Below the pieces are notes generated by a model. That model had not been told where the DNA came from, searched no databases, and saw only the letters and a program-made list of their open reading frames with translations. Shown here piece by piece: positions 1-12,824 of a stretch of 64,000 nucleotides of DNA. Each line of letters starts with the position of its first letter. Position 1 is the first letter of the stretch. Origin of the DNA: Syncephalis fuscata S228 (taxonomy: Eukaryota > Fungi > Zoopagomycota). Both the position numbers and the translations under genes were made by a program. The stretch lies in the NCBI GenBank assembly GCA_025786725.1, contig JAHLTZ010000002.1, positions 372,001-436,000 on the forward strand. The letters run 5' to 3'.

Positions 1-2256
1 ATTTCTATGCCGACTTTTCCATTCTTCTTATTAGCATCGTATAATCATATCTATCAAGTATATATTATAACAATAATCTATAGTAATCTATAACAACTAA
101 CGTTGGCCATTAGCCACAATGGTGTTTTATGGCTAGTCAGTCTACATTTACAAAGACTACTACCATGTATTCAAGTGAGTTTATTAATATTATACCTATG
201 TATATTGATATATTGTGACAATAAAATAATTAGACCAAGAAAGTAGTCGCCAATTAACTATTGGAGAAACATCAGCACAAAATATGACATTTATAGAATT
301 ATTAAATCCTGTAGAAAGTCCTGAACGCCATCGACAAATCACTTTAGGTGATGATCCAATCTGGCTTGTCTCTAATCAGGATCAAGATTATCTTAGTCTA
401 CCCATTAATTATCCAGAAACACCGCAAGTATTACTAGGTGTGATATCAATACGCTATACTAATTAAATCATTAGTGTTGAGCTTGTTTTAGGTGAAGATG
501 GCGAACTACATGATGTAACAAAAATATCACCTATAACACAGCCAATGATGACATCATGGCTACAACAGGAACTATCAATGCCTCGTGTAGATACAGGCCA
601 CCAGCAATTGATTATAGATGAATTGGCCGATGTTGAGGATAATCCATTAAATCAAATGGACATATTGCCCATTGATCCTTCTTATAACTCAGTACATTTA
701 AGTGATATTACAGAAATGCAAGTAGACCAGTCACTGTTACCACCTGCTATTGTTGAAGTGCCTCAAACTCGTCGTCGTCGTCATCGTCGTCAATCACGTA
801 ACTGGCAATCATGGATAGATAACGATATTGAATTAAATTCTAATGAATTATCTACTTTTTATAATCCATCTCTATCTTTGAATGTCCCTACAATTAAGGG
901 CCAACGAGTAGGTTTAATCATTATTAATAGTCATAATATTGCCATTAATATTCTTATTAGAAACAGAAATCATCTATTAGCCCATGGATATTGACACCAG
1001 CAATTCCTTGTAAGTTATTTAATATTAGTAATAACAACTATTCACGTTTATTAGTATACGCTGATGAATTACGTGTAATGTGGGAGATGAATACACAAAC
1101 AAGAGTCATACGTAGGTTACATCAATCAATAACTAATTATTCTAACTATTATGTAAGCATTAGATGATAGACCATTATCATCAACTCATAGTCCAGTTCA
1201 AAATGTATTGCCTTCTGGACTGATGCCGAACTTGGATCCTAATGAAGTAATATATGAATATACAAATACACAAGTATATAAATATCTATTTAACCATTTA
1301 CTGTTTCTAGATTGAAACTAATCTACCAGATGAACCAGAGCAGATGCGAGGCCATGAAGAAGCGGGAGCTATTGAAAATGTATTAGCATTCCCACCTAGA
1401 ATGCCATGGGATCCACAGGATACTTCTTATCCATATACTGCAACAGGTACATAGACTAATCAATGTTATAGCAATGTATTGGATATAACAACGCATTCAT
1501 ATCAATAATAGATCGTCCACGAAGACCAACTACTGTAGGTGCATGGACAACACCTTCAATGATGACCAGTGGAAAGCGGCAAGTACTAATTACTATTCCT
1601 ATATGTCACTAATACTTGCTCTACACTATAATAGTCAGTATGGTCTATCTGGTCTCTCGTGGCCAGCTAGTGGCGAAACATCTCTATCAGGCACTCGAGG
1701 ACAGCGACCATCGATGCCTGCACAACAGGTTCATCTCAGCGGTGGCAATAGCGGTTATCCACCACGATCAGGTTCAATTTCTCGCCATATGCATTTAATA
1801 GATAATGATGAAGAGTCACCGCATTTATTTCCTGGTAAGTAGCTTATATTGATTGCCAATCCATTAACTAATGAAAGTAGACGAAGAACAAGTGTGGTTT
1901 AAAACACCACGTTTATTACATCAACAAGATACAGAAAACTTTTACAGGCAAGTATAATATATTCTACTATTATTAATAAACCGCCATTGCTTATCGTTAA
2001 TCTAGCTATCTTTGTCGAACGGCTATTCACAATGGAACCTGCTTATCCTTTCAACTAAATATACTGCCACCACAAGAAATGACTCGTACTATGGCTGCTC
2101 AAGGCTTTTATCATTTGCTAAGTAGGCTATTGAACTATGATATCAAAACAATTTAATACAATTTATACATATTTAGTATTGGCCGATGCACATCGATTAA
2201 CAGTGCGACAAGATAGCCCTATGGACGATATACTTGTCGATATAACACTAGCTTAA
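1..2256 (+). CDS. Rad21/Rec8-family cohesin kleisin, multi-exon, 5' end probably outside the window (more Rec8-like)
   Basis: Spliced C-terminus reads ...ENFYSYLCRT...MTRTMAAQGFYHLL-VLADAHRLTVRQDSPMDDILVDITLA* (TAA 2254-2256), matching the kleisin C-terminal winged-helix pattern. Central region is low complexity with a basic RRRRHRR patch. Confidence 0.75.
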
Positions 2257-2418
2257 TTGTTTATACAAGCCGTATTGCATAGCATAACATAATAGCAATT
2301 TATCTGCATCATTTACACACTGTCAACAATTACAATATTGCTCCAGTTTGCTAAACAGTTAATAAAAGCACGGTTTATTGGCTGTTTCTTTTATAAGAAA
2401 AAAACCGGAGGTTCAAAT

Positions 2419-3240
2419 TTAGGCTTCCTCTTGGACAATGTTGGTCTATAGTGTCGTTAAATAACAAATAAATATATTAATATATATTCTAGTCTATTCT
2501 TTGCAAATAACTTACCTTCTCGGAAACGTAGATACCATCCAAGAACTTACGGATATCCTTGTTGCGGACACGCGTGGATTGCTGGATGCTAGCAGCGGAT
2601 TGAGAGACGTTCTCGATATCGTTGCCCGAAAGAATGATTTCATCCTTTTGCGCCTTGGAGTGCACGATGCTGACACCATCCAACATGGGCACACGACGGA
2701 CGACCTTCTCGCCAAGGAAATTACGGATTTCGACTTCCGAACCATCATCGGCAATGTTGACGTTGATGGGGAAATGTGCGTACACAAAGCGCATCTTGTA
2801 CAAGAATCCCTACAAACATTCACCCACAATTAGTATGTCATAACAAAGTGTATACAGTGGATCCGCTCCACAAATAATAAATCTGTCCTAATACTTACAC
2901 GAGTGACACCGGTGATCATGTTCTCGATGTGAGAGGCAACAGTGCGAATGCAAGCAATGTGCTTGCGCTTACCGTGCCAGACCTTGACGCGCAACTTGGT
3001 GCTTGACACTGGAGTAATCTCGACATCAAGATGACGGAGGTTCTTGACGAGAGTGCCGCGTGGGCCCTTTACGGTAATTTCGCGGGCCTTCACGGAGACG
3101 GTGACTAGACGTGACATGGACAAACAATAATAGGTTATTACACACACATTCTATAGATCGTAGTAGCCAGTCGTCTATACTAAACAATACTTACCGCCTT
3201 CCGGAATGTTAACGATTTGGTCCTTGGCAATGTCCTTCAT
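2419..3240 (-). CDS. RPL9: 60S ribosomal protein L9 (uL6), 4 coding exons plus a 5'UTR intron
   Basis: [34 protein letters not shown].../[14 protein letters not shown]...[23 protein letters not shown]; strong ribosomal-protein codon bias. Confidence 0.97.
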
Positions 3241-3490
3241 GGCTGAAACCTATGAATTCAAAAGTAGGTTAGAACGGCATTGGTTGTAATCGACAACGGC
3301 ACAAGTATAGTATTTGTATAAATGTGTAGCACACTAGAAATAGTAGTAATAAACATTTTTACAATATATATAGCAATATAGACAAGCAGATAGATAGAAA
3401 AGACTCATAGGGTATTTATCCAGATACTTTACAGTATATGCATATATTTAACATGCAATCTATAGTAAATGAATATGGAATCAACGTGCA

Positions 3491-3650
3491 GTATGTCACT
3501 AGACTTTTAACACGCGTTTCTGAATAGGTCCCTCTACACTTTGACTAGCATATATACATGTACAAGAAGAATGCATTCTATACACGGTCATTGACTAGTT
3601 TGAAGCACTATGCTGCCTATTTCTAGTTACAGCATAGCACACTCTTCATC
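3491..3650 (-). ncRNA. Candidate structured intronic RNA (H/ACA-snoRNA-like) in the RPL9 5'UTR intron
   Basis: Minus-strand stem GUGCUAUGCUGU/GCAGCAUAGUGC (12 bp, 3 G-U pairs), followed by AAACUA (ANANNA), then a second weaker hairpin closed by GCUAG/CUAGU and ACA+3 nt at 3496-3491. Confidence 0.3.
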
Positions 3651-3834
3651 TATACATCCATCTACTATTGCATAGATAGTCTACCGCGTTCATTCATCGA
3701 TTCATCCATTCATCAATCCATATATCCATCCAACTATCCAACTATCCATCCATCTGCCCGCTACTATCACCATCGCCGTTGTTCTATATTGCTGTTACCC
3801 ACCGAACTTCCGACCTAGAGTTAACGGAGGTGTT

Positions 3835-3849
3835 GGAAAAGAGGAGGGG
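3835..3849 (-). promoter_or_regulatory. Polypyrimidine TCT/5'TOP-like tract at the presumed RPL9 transcription start
   Basis: Minus strand CCCCTCCTCTTTTCC, ~35 nt upstream of a putative GTGGGT donor (3802) of the 5'UTR intron. The 10-mer CCTCCTCTTT also occurs upstream of RPL4. Confidence 0.45.
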
Positions 3850-4098
3850 CCAAAATGGCTGTATGTTTGAGTGTGGATGCCATTCAATGCCACAGCCCCC
3901 GATGTGGATTACCACTATCCCGATTGACCCAACTCTTTATTTAAATGAGAATGGCATTGTTGTTAATGTGAAAGAATAGTACAGTTTTGTGTATACCGTC
4001 GTACTAGTCAGTCAGTCTATCAGTCAGTCAGTAATAAAGCGTATCTAGTGTATTTGCTGTGCTCCTCATTCCTTCACCTATTACTGATTCCTTCCATC

Positions 4099-4620
4099 AT
4101 GGCTTCCTTATTGCGTGCTAGCAGTAGCAGTCGCTGCATTGGCATGATCCGCCCTACAGCCACACATATGCGTCTAGTAACACCGATTCTACGACGCAAT
4201 GCCAGTGGCGAACCACAATACAACGAGCCCAGTGGCTATTTATTCAATGAAAAGGTAGATTCTTTAGCATAAACGTGTAAAATACGAAGCGCGTCGCTTC
4301 CCTTTTATTCGTGATATTAATACTACAGTATCGATTGCTATAGCCAACACCGGGTAAGAAACGAGTCCGCGAGGATTGGGAACTCCCATATATCTATGGA
4401 GGCGGTGCTCTGTTTCTGATGATCTCTGTTGCTCTCTACTACAAACCAAAGCGCGAGTAAGTAGCTTTTAATAGCTGTAGTTGACTAGTACTGATCGTTT
4501 TTTCTTTTCTTCCACCACTTGTTGTTCAGCGTGTCTGCTTGGGCATATGAAGAAGCACGTCTACGAATGATAGAGCGCGGTGATTTACCTACTTACGAAC
4601 GAACTAATGAACGTTCGTAG
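4099..4620 (+). CDS. NDUFB11: NADH:ubiquinone oxidoreductase ESSS subunit (NDUFB11), 3 exons
   Basis: Arg/Ser-rich mitochondrial presequence, then NEPSGYLFNEK/PTPGKKRVREDWE, a TM segment, and YKP..SAWAYEEARLRM. Confidence 0.88.
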
Positions 4621-4771
4621 TTTTAAAACCTTTAAGATTAAAGCATAGCTTGGTTTAACTATTTTATTATATTTGCTTGTCTATTTCCCCTTGACTCTAT
4701 TGCGCTATTGTTTATCACCGTGTTGCTTTTACTTCTTCGTGTATTGCAATAGCGATTGCCAGTATTTTAAC

Positions 4772-5092
4772 ATGAATCCCTATGGCGATGACCCTACTGA
4801 TGAGGAGATGACTTGGTGGTCTTTACTGCCCAGTGTCATCGTTTATGGCAGTCTTTGTTTTGCGGCACTCTATTTGACTTATTCCTATCACCCGTCTCTA
4901 TTTGACCGTCGTAAGTAATAGCTACTATGGGATATCTATCTTGCTAATAACATTACCAATACTCTATCGATAAATGTAGCATTGGCACCAGAACGTAAAC
5001 AAGAACTTGATGCGGAACGTCAACGTGCCTATGCTCGTTTACAGACCAAACTAGATGCCAGTAGAACATCAACTGAACAAAATACCGAATAA
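4772..5092 (+). CDS. Small single-pass membrane protein with short coiled coil (~85 aa), 2 exons
   Basis: MNPYGDDPTDEEMTWWSLLPSVIVYGSLCFAALYLTYSYHPSLFDR/PLAPERKQELDAERQRAYARLQTKLD...*; canonical GTAAGT...TAG intron. Confidence 0.6.
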
Positions 5093-5839
5093 ATGTTAAT
5101 TCCAACTATTTTTACTAAATAGTATTTATTTAACATAATATACGGTTATTATGTATACATTTTATTCATGTAATTAATCATCTATTTACTATGATTTATT
5201 TGGATCCTTCTTGCATTATTATTGGCTGTTTATTATGTTAGCATTGCTATATCATGATCAAGCAAGGTAATAGATATTTGTTTTAGTATATATATAACTT
5301 GGTTAGCAAATATCAAGTTTCTTAAAGTTATTTATATACTGTACTAATGGTAATGCTGTTGGATTCTACTGTTTAAATGTCGTTCCATATTGTATAGTTT
5401 ATTCATTATTATAATTTAACTAAAATGGTTATTTTTTAATAATGCTTAGCTGTTTAGCTATACTAAATACGATTTAAACGGATTACTGATAATAATGATG
5501 TATAACAGTGCAATCAACTAATACTATACTACCAACATCATTACCATCATTATTGTTGTTATTATATTTATACTAGAGGTGAATAGCGCGGCTCTCAACT
5601 TGCAGACGATATATTTCCTCAACTCTGTCGAGATTAGGTAAGACTAATCAAAATTCCGATCATCGCCGCGTATTAATGATGCCAGATGAGGTGCGGCAAT
5701 ATTGAGGTGGAACGACAAATTGGTTTAACATTAATCACTTGTGGGATAATGATACACTCACTCACCCACACACATTTTACATTTTACATTGCCTCTATAA
5801 CACACACACACCTATACGTTATTCTTACCCGTATTCTAT

Positions 5840-8800
5840 ATGACGTCAAACGAAGATATAGCAGCAAAGACACTAGGTCAACAACTGGCCGCCAGTTATC
5901 GTATTGTTGTTCATGCTGAACAGCACTCACTGGAACAGGTAAGCCTATAATGGATATTGTCACTGAATATATATAAATACACAGCTATAATGAATGACTT
6001 GTTGGTTAGGTCAACGAACAATTACAGCTACTAGTCAACTATGGAGGCCGTTTACCACTAACATGGTTTACGTCGTCACTGCAAGAAGCGCTGCTATCGC
6101 TTTCGAAAGAAGCACTTACGTTTAAGCGTCCCTTGCTTGATGCTAATACACTTGCATTAGCACTTCAGCTATGGTCATTTTGGATTCGTCGTCTCGGTGA
6201 ATTCCACAATAGTCCCTATCTTGAAGTAGTTATTGAACGTGCTCTAAACATTCTACAAGTGGCCAGTGATGAGCCACAGCTTAATGCAGTGCTAGAACCG
6301 TGTACCATAACACTGGCTGTTGCAGTGGGTAAGGACTATTAATCAAAGCTAATTATCTATCTATTCATCATAAATGTTGTAGGTAAAATTAATGAAGAAA
6401 TGGAGAAATCAGTTACCAGTGCCTTATTAGCATGGATCATTGATGCTCGTCGTAAACATAAGTAAGTTTACATTATTGATTTGTTTAATGATCTAATAAC
6501 TGTTGCTAGAGGATTAGATTTTATTTATCCCTGTGTGGCACATATTATGCAAACAGCTCGTAGAAATAGCACTATACGTGATACATCGGCAGTATTTCTA
6601 CAGTCATGGAGTCCATTGGGAGCTGTTGTTTCTGATGAACCATTAATTGAAGACTGTCAGCAAATATATCGATTGTATCAACATATACTTGATCATAGAA
6701 CATCATCCTCATCAAATGGTCATAGTACTGTTACTAAAAAGAATAGCAATAGTAGTGAAGTAGTCACTTTATCAAGTGAATCACGTCGTCGAATAGAACA
6801 ACGTATCGATGCATTACTCGCTAGTTTTGACGATGTATTTACTGCATCTAATATTAGTGGTAAGTTAACTGTTTATATTTAATAGAAATATTATTTAATA
6901 TATATATATATATATATGATTATCTAGTAAATACGTGCATTCTACTGGCTGCTGCTGGTATATTGTAGGTAATAGACGGATAGTAACAATTTTGTACTTA
7001 TGATTGTAAATAGACGATCACCGGTTACTCCTTTGTTAGGCAAGGAAAGATGCATGGCATTAGAAGTACAGGTTTGGCATCGGATACAACAGATTATAGA
7101 TATGAATATATCGCTAAAGGAATCTAGTAAGTAGACTAGTATATAGTAGTATATTTCATTTATAGTGTGCTATATTAATGTAAATAGACGCACTCGCCTT
7201 TACTTGTGGTCATTGTTTACCTGTAATGGATTTATCCAAGTGTTGTAAAGAATCTGATGTTAAAACAATTGAAGTAATTAATAATAATAATAATAACAAA
7301 TGGTCATTACTAAGTAATATGTAATAGATGCTTTTAAATGGCCTATTGTCATTTCTACTTGATAATCCACATACACTTGCTTATGAATTTCTTTTATCGC
7401 TATCTATTGGTCTACAACGTGATTCTACTCATGTAGGCTAAATATATAGATTGATTTTATAACTAATATATTTATTAGATACCTGAGGCGGCAGTCAACT
7501 TATTAAAAGATAAAACATCCGGTATAATGTTTGGTGAAGTTGGTCATTTGTCACGGGCTATTGCTAGTCTCCTTGGAATATCCAACATAGCAACTATTGA
7601 TCAATGTGTAGATCGGTTAGTGTTAACTATAATAGTTGGTAATTATTTGTATTAACATTAATGTATAGATTAAAGATATTTGCTCATAATCAATTGTTAG
7701 CATGGGCCAATTGTGCTGCACTTGTTCCATTAGGTAAATGATTAGTTATAATTTATAATATTATATAACAGATCCAAACTAACCTATATACATATATAGA
7801 AACAGAGAAATCGACTATTGATATGATATGGCAGCATTTTAAATTTTCACTATTTGCTTTTACACTTATTATGGGAGCCATTACTAAACATTCATCAGTT
7901 AGTGTGGAGCATTGTAAGTCTGGAATGTTTGCTATTATTTTCATGTATTAAACACTTGCATTAGTAATGAGTCTTTTATCGACAGCTCAATATTTACACT
8001 TTATTACATTAAAGGTGGGCAGTTTTTCGGCGTATCAATCAATGCTCGTAACGATTGTAAAATCGTTGAGGAAATCACCCGATACACTGGCCTATGCAAT
8101 TCGTCAAATTCATCCAAAAGTATCAGAACAAAGTAAGCTGATATATATTTATTAATAGTAGATAGTAATAATAACCATATATAATATATAATAATAGCAG
8201 TAGAATCGAATGATACTAAACGCGCTTGTCTTTTATTCTATTTTGATTTGATTGAACAAAATGTTGACATTATTCCAGATATCCAATTGGCAGAAGAGAT
8301 ATTACCATTAACACAACCGTGAGTAATGGCCATACTTTCTATTTAATCCAATCTAGTCTAATTTATTATTGATTTGTCATTGGTTTATTTAGTTATCTTA
8401 ATTCAAAATCGTATCAAGATGCATTTGAATCAGCTCATTCAGTACTACTAAGTGTATTCTTAAAGAAGAAATTACTAGCCACTCAGTTGGGTCCTTATTA
8501 CGCAAATTGGCTATTAGAGGTATTTGATAAATGGAATGGTATTGTAATTACATTATATTAACCAATTAAAATTATTAGAGCTATCCTAGTCTACTTAGTA
8601 TTGATCAGTTACGGCGAGTTTACACGGCTATGGTAGACTGTTTGGCCGATCAAGATTCGGCTCTAGCCTGGCTAACTGTTCAGCGTCTTATAGATGCAAT
8701 CGATGCACTATCGCCTATAGATCCAGTCAAATCTGCCATCGATATCAATAACAATGAAGATGCAGCTGAATTGGCCACAGCCATTACTCGAGGTCATTTA

Positions 8801-9034
8801 TTGGTAACACTCTTTGATCAGTTGCCAACTGTTCCACTGGTGCAATTGGATCATCTTATGGAGCGTGTCCGTCATTATTTACTTGCTGAACAGCCATCAT
8901 TGGCCCGATCAGCATTGGTTAAAATATTATTTGATAATGTTAGTCGATCACTTGACTTTTCTCGTAAAGAAAGAGCTACCAAATGGTATCTTTCGTTAGT
9001 AGATGAACTCGGACAGTCAGGTGTATCATTATAG
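5840..9034 (+). CDS. PEX8: Probable peroxin Pex8-like HEAT/armadillo protein, ~15 exons
   Basis: C-terminal exons give FESAHSVLLSVF...LGPYYANWLLE/SYPSLLSIDQLRRVYTAMV...LVTLFDQLPTVPL...LDFSRKERATKWY, resembling the fungal Pex8 C-terminal region from recall. The N-terminal part is not independently recognised. Confidence 0.55.
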
Positions 9035-9117
9035 CAATATTAAAAATAATACCATTATAGCACGTTATACACATATCAATTATATTATAATGTTACTTAT
9101 TTACTATATAGATGTGA

Positions 9118-10010
9118 TTATTCACGAGGTATAAACTTTGCATATTGATCCTTTGTAATGGCCTCATAAATCTCTTCTGTGCCTTCTGCTAGCTCATCTA
9201 CAAACACTCCTAAATATACTACCGTTAGTTTTACAGTGTTATTTGGCTATCTAACTAGTCTCATTACCAGGTGAACCGGCATAAACGGAGAATGAGGCAA
9301 TGACACTGTAGGGTGGAATAACTGTGTTATCTTCAATGCGTACACAATCCTTGATAATTGTGAATCGGCCCTATGTGTATTTGATATCAATCAATTAATT
9401 AACTATATATTAATAAACCATTGGTGTATACTTACAATAATACAATTTTTGCCGATATGTACATAAGAACCAATATATCCCGATTCAACAATAGAGCCTT
9501 CACCAATAATTGTATGATCTCCTATTTTCATTGGATAATAGCTGAAAGTGCTATTATATGCATGTCAAATATATACGCCAACTATAAGTATCCAATTAAA
9601 TGACATGGCACACAGTAGGTACTGACCCTTTATGCGTTTTACATGGTGGTCGAATAACTGTACCGGCGCCCAAAGTGCAATAACGGCCAATAGCCACTAC
9701 AACCACATGACCAGGAACAATGCGACGTAGATCGCCACGAATAATACAGTTACTATGTATAATCGTCTAGTAGGCAACGAGAAGACAAAAGAGCGGTGAC
9801 GTGTTGTTTAAACTACTTGTCTAGGAAGCGTTGCTCAGCTTACCTTGCCACCAAGAATGATATTTTGACTGCCGCTAATAAAACAACTGCGGCTTACTTT
9901 ATTGCCTGTATCCTATTATTACGCGGTGTAAGTGTAAAAGCAATAAATACTGCAGTACTTGCTGTTTCAATAAATTCCGCTCGTTTATAAGTAGTGACGG
10001 GTAGCTCCAT
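9118..10010 (-). CDS. DCTN5: Dynactin subunit 5 (p25), left-handed beta-helix, multi-exon
   Basis: MELPVTTYKRAEFIET/DTGNKVSRSCFISGSQNIILGGK/TIIHSNCIIRGDLRR...YPMKIGDH...FIPRE*. Confidence 0.93.
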
Positions 10011-10130
10011 GATGAAAGCAAGGAATGTGTCGAAACTAAATGTGTGGCGAGAAAGAAGTGATGTGTGGTCACAACAACAACATAATAAAGATCTATTAAA
10101 TTCAATCAACAATTCATATATGACTATTAC

Positions 10131-10975
10131 CGTAGATTCACTATCCAGTATGCATATATCCTCTATTTATATAAACCATTATATTCTTATATTTACATAG
10201 TATTACGTTACTACTAGTTACACTGCCATTATTTCTAAACTATCTCACCTCCATGTTGATCTATTTTATTTTAAACTTGCTATTCCTACATATACCCATC
10301 ACTTGACTTGGATATTATCAAAATTAATAACTAATTATACAATAAAGCAATAAAACAATACAAAGAATATACGGTGTGAAATAACGATTAGTCATGCTGA
10401 AGTTAATGAGCATATATGCATGATCAATGAGCGGAATTAGTCGGCATTTATTAGTAATAAAGCTAGAACAAAAATAAAAGTAGCATTGGATAGAGGAAGG
10501 CTAGGCGATTATAGAATAATATATAGAATGACAAATATACGGTGAGAAAGTATATAAAATGATGTTAAAGCTATAGTGCATATAATGCAATGAGTAGACG
10601 GAATGAAGTGTAATGGAACATATAAACAATAAAATGCGTTTAATATATAGTAATGTGTGACAGAATGGAAATGATATAGGTAAACGGTGGATATATGCAT
10701 ACTGGATAATAATCTATGATGATGGGTATTTGATGATTAATGTCATTCACCACCTACCATCATGTTCAATAGATTTAATGTTAATAAAAATAGTCATTTG
10801 ACCACCAAGCAAACAATAAATGTGATGATGTGATAATTAAACAAAACTCACCACTTGTCCCCATGTTCAATAGATTGAATGAGTAGTTCAATTACGCGAA
10901 TGTTATTAAGCTTTATCATTTGACCCCAAATCACACTAAATGGCTAATAAAATAAAAATGTTAAATGGCACACAA
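10131..10975. mobile_element. Repeat family A, copy 1: truncated reverse left arm (~10131-10170), internal region, full forward arm (10690-10975); MITE-like non-autonomous element
   Basis: 10345-10940 aligns over ~600 bp with 44595-45200. Core motif ATATGCATACTGGATAAT..AATCTA; two subterminal units TCACCAC..CATGTTCAATAG..TCATTTGACC. Confidence 0.7.
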
Positions 10976-11007
10976 TTATATTATATGATGCAGCTAAAGC
11001 TCTTTAT

Positions 11008-12226
11008 TTATAACATATACGCTTCGAATAAACCGGCTTCAGTCAGGCCCATTCGACAAAGAACAGTGCTTGAAATATGATATCTAGAACGCATGCTTTC
11101 TAAATCTTCAGTTGAGCAAAATGGTGATTTTCTTTCATAGAGAGTCAAAGGCATATGTTCCTCGCTGTCTTCAATTGGTATGCTAGAAAGACACTGTGAT
11201 GCATTATAGATAAGGCCAGTTTTCATATCAACAAAATAACTTTCACCAAATGCAGCATCGAGTACTGCACATAAAGGTCCAAGAAAAGGTGTAATTTTTT
11301 TGTAAAAGGAAAAATTAACTGAGCGTATGAAGTTTCCATTTTGAGCATCTAGCACCTCGAATGATTCCAAGTTATGAACTATAATCAGCTTCTCGCTGTA
11401 TAGTTTTGTAATGGTATTACTAAGTATAAGCGTAGACCATACTAACTGTCCTTCTGTGGCACTTTTTATAGTAGAAACTGGCATTGGTGGTGTAAAGCAA
11501 ACTGAATGCTTACTGATAAAGTATGCTTCATCGACATTGAAAATTTTATCCAGTGATTTTGATTTAAATTAAATAAACCAAATTGATAATGTTGTTGTAT
11601 ATTTATAATGCGTAAAATGATCCAGTCGTCCTGGATGTCCTCCAACTCTGGTCCTCTTTCTATATTGCTTCACTATTATTTCCAAGGTAGATAAGATTGG
11701 GGCGTTGTTGAGCAGCAATAGGCCACACTATAATGGCCTGTCGTCTGCTAATTTCTCGTCTTTCTGAAACTGCAGTGGTCGAGGAACTGGCAGAAGATTC
11801 ATCTAAAGTGGCAAAGACTTTAGATTTATTATTTTTAATGTATAATGCTTTTATTTTATCCATGTTTACTATTTAATGGTATTAGTAAACAATTGTTATA
11901 GTAATTAGTATTAATTGTTATTACTTACGTATTGAACCACTGAAAAATACAGGCTTTATATCGGCAAATGTTTCCAGATAAATATGAGTTACAACAAATT
12001 CGTGCGTCCCATAAACAGCGTAGATGGGAGGATTGTAGCCAAGTAAAGGTTGTAAAACATTGGTCAAAATTTGTTTCCAGGGATGAGACCAGCCAGATAT
12101 TGTTTGATAAACTGGCCGACAGGTTCCAGCAAAAGATGCGATTTGCAAATCGTCCATAAAGCGACATAATTGCAATATCGCGTCAGAATCTTCGCAAAAA
12201 CGTTCAGTACTAGAGTTCAACGACAT
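11008..12226 (-). CDS. Lineage-specific F-box-like protein (one intron, two apparent frameshifts)
   Basis: N-terminal DAILQLCRFMDDLQIASFAGTCRPVYQTI..HPWKQI fits an F-box pattern. GTAAGT donor near 11928; coding-like sequence continues across frames to the stop at 11008. Confidence 0.55.
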
Positions 12227-12344
12227 GTTTGAGTAAAATTGATGTTAAAACTGCTACTTGGTAGATAGCTGGAAATTTGTAGATGTGAATATAAGATTTG
12301 GATTACTGTAGACTAATTTACTTTATTTATAGTATAATTGTTTT

Positions 12345-12557
12345 ATGATTGCGTATGCATATTGAGACTCTGTGAACATTGTTCTGGCCATTTATAAATA
12401 GAATATAAATTGCAGCGTCATTGTTCTCTCTTGTTTTTCAATAGGCTGCATATTGAAACATCATTGTTCTTCCTTTTTTGCCAACAAGCTGCATGTTGCA
12501 ATAGCTTTGTTCTTATCTGCTTGTCAACAAGCTGCATGTTGCAATAGCTTTGTTCTT
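12345..12557. repeat. 43-bp-period tandem repeat with palindromic unit, 4-5 copies, upstream of the F-box gene
   Basis: CAACAAGCTGCATGTTGCAATAGCTTTGTTCTT is identical at 12482 and 12525; degenerate units end in TTGTTCT at 12470, 12427 and 12385. Confidence 0.85.
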
Positions 12558-12824
12558 TTTATTTACATTATTATTATATTTGGTAATTATAAGCTATTAA
12601 GCTTTTCCACACTCAATAACTAGATTTGCATATTTTTTATTATATTCCAGTTGCTATTTTTGATTAACAACTTTTATTATCAGTAAACAATATTCAAATT
12701 TTTCTAATTTATATTTTTATTCATTTAAATTTATTTATAATTGTTATTGTATTTTATAGTATCATTATAATTTATTACAAATAATAATATTTATTTATTT
12801 AGTTAATTTCTCATTTATTTAATC

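Noticed and set aside
10509-10700. Short hydrophobic ORFs inside repeat A (also 44825-45016)
   Set aside because: They arise from the strand-skewed composition; the two translations are poorly conserved beyond chance and have no transposase motif.
10690-10780. Repeat A core (CTGGATAAT, ATGATG) as a TPP riboswitch or C/D snoRNA
   Set aside because: It lacks the CUGAGA and GCG..GG elements and a consistent D box, and occurs in both orientations in intergenic DNA.
12345-12557. Palindromic repeats with variable linkers as a CRISPR array
   Set aside because: Linkers are only ~10 nt, only two units are identical, there are no cas genes, and the context is eukaryotic.
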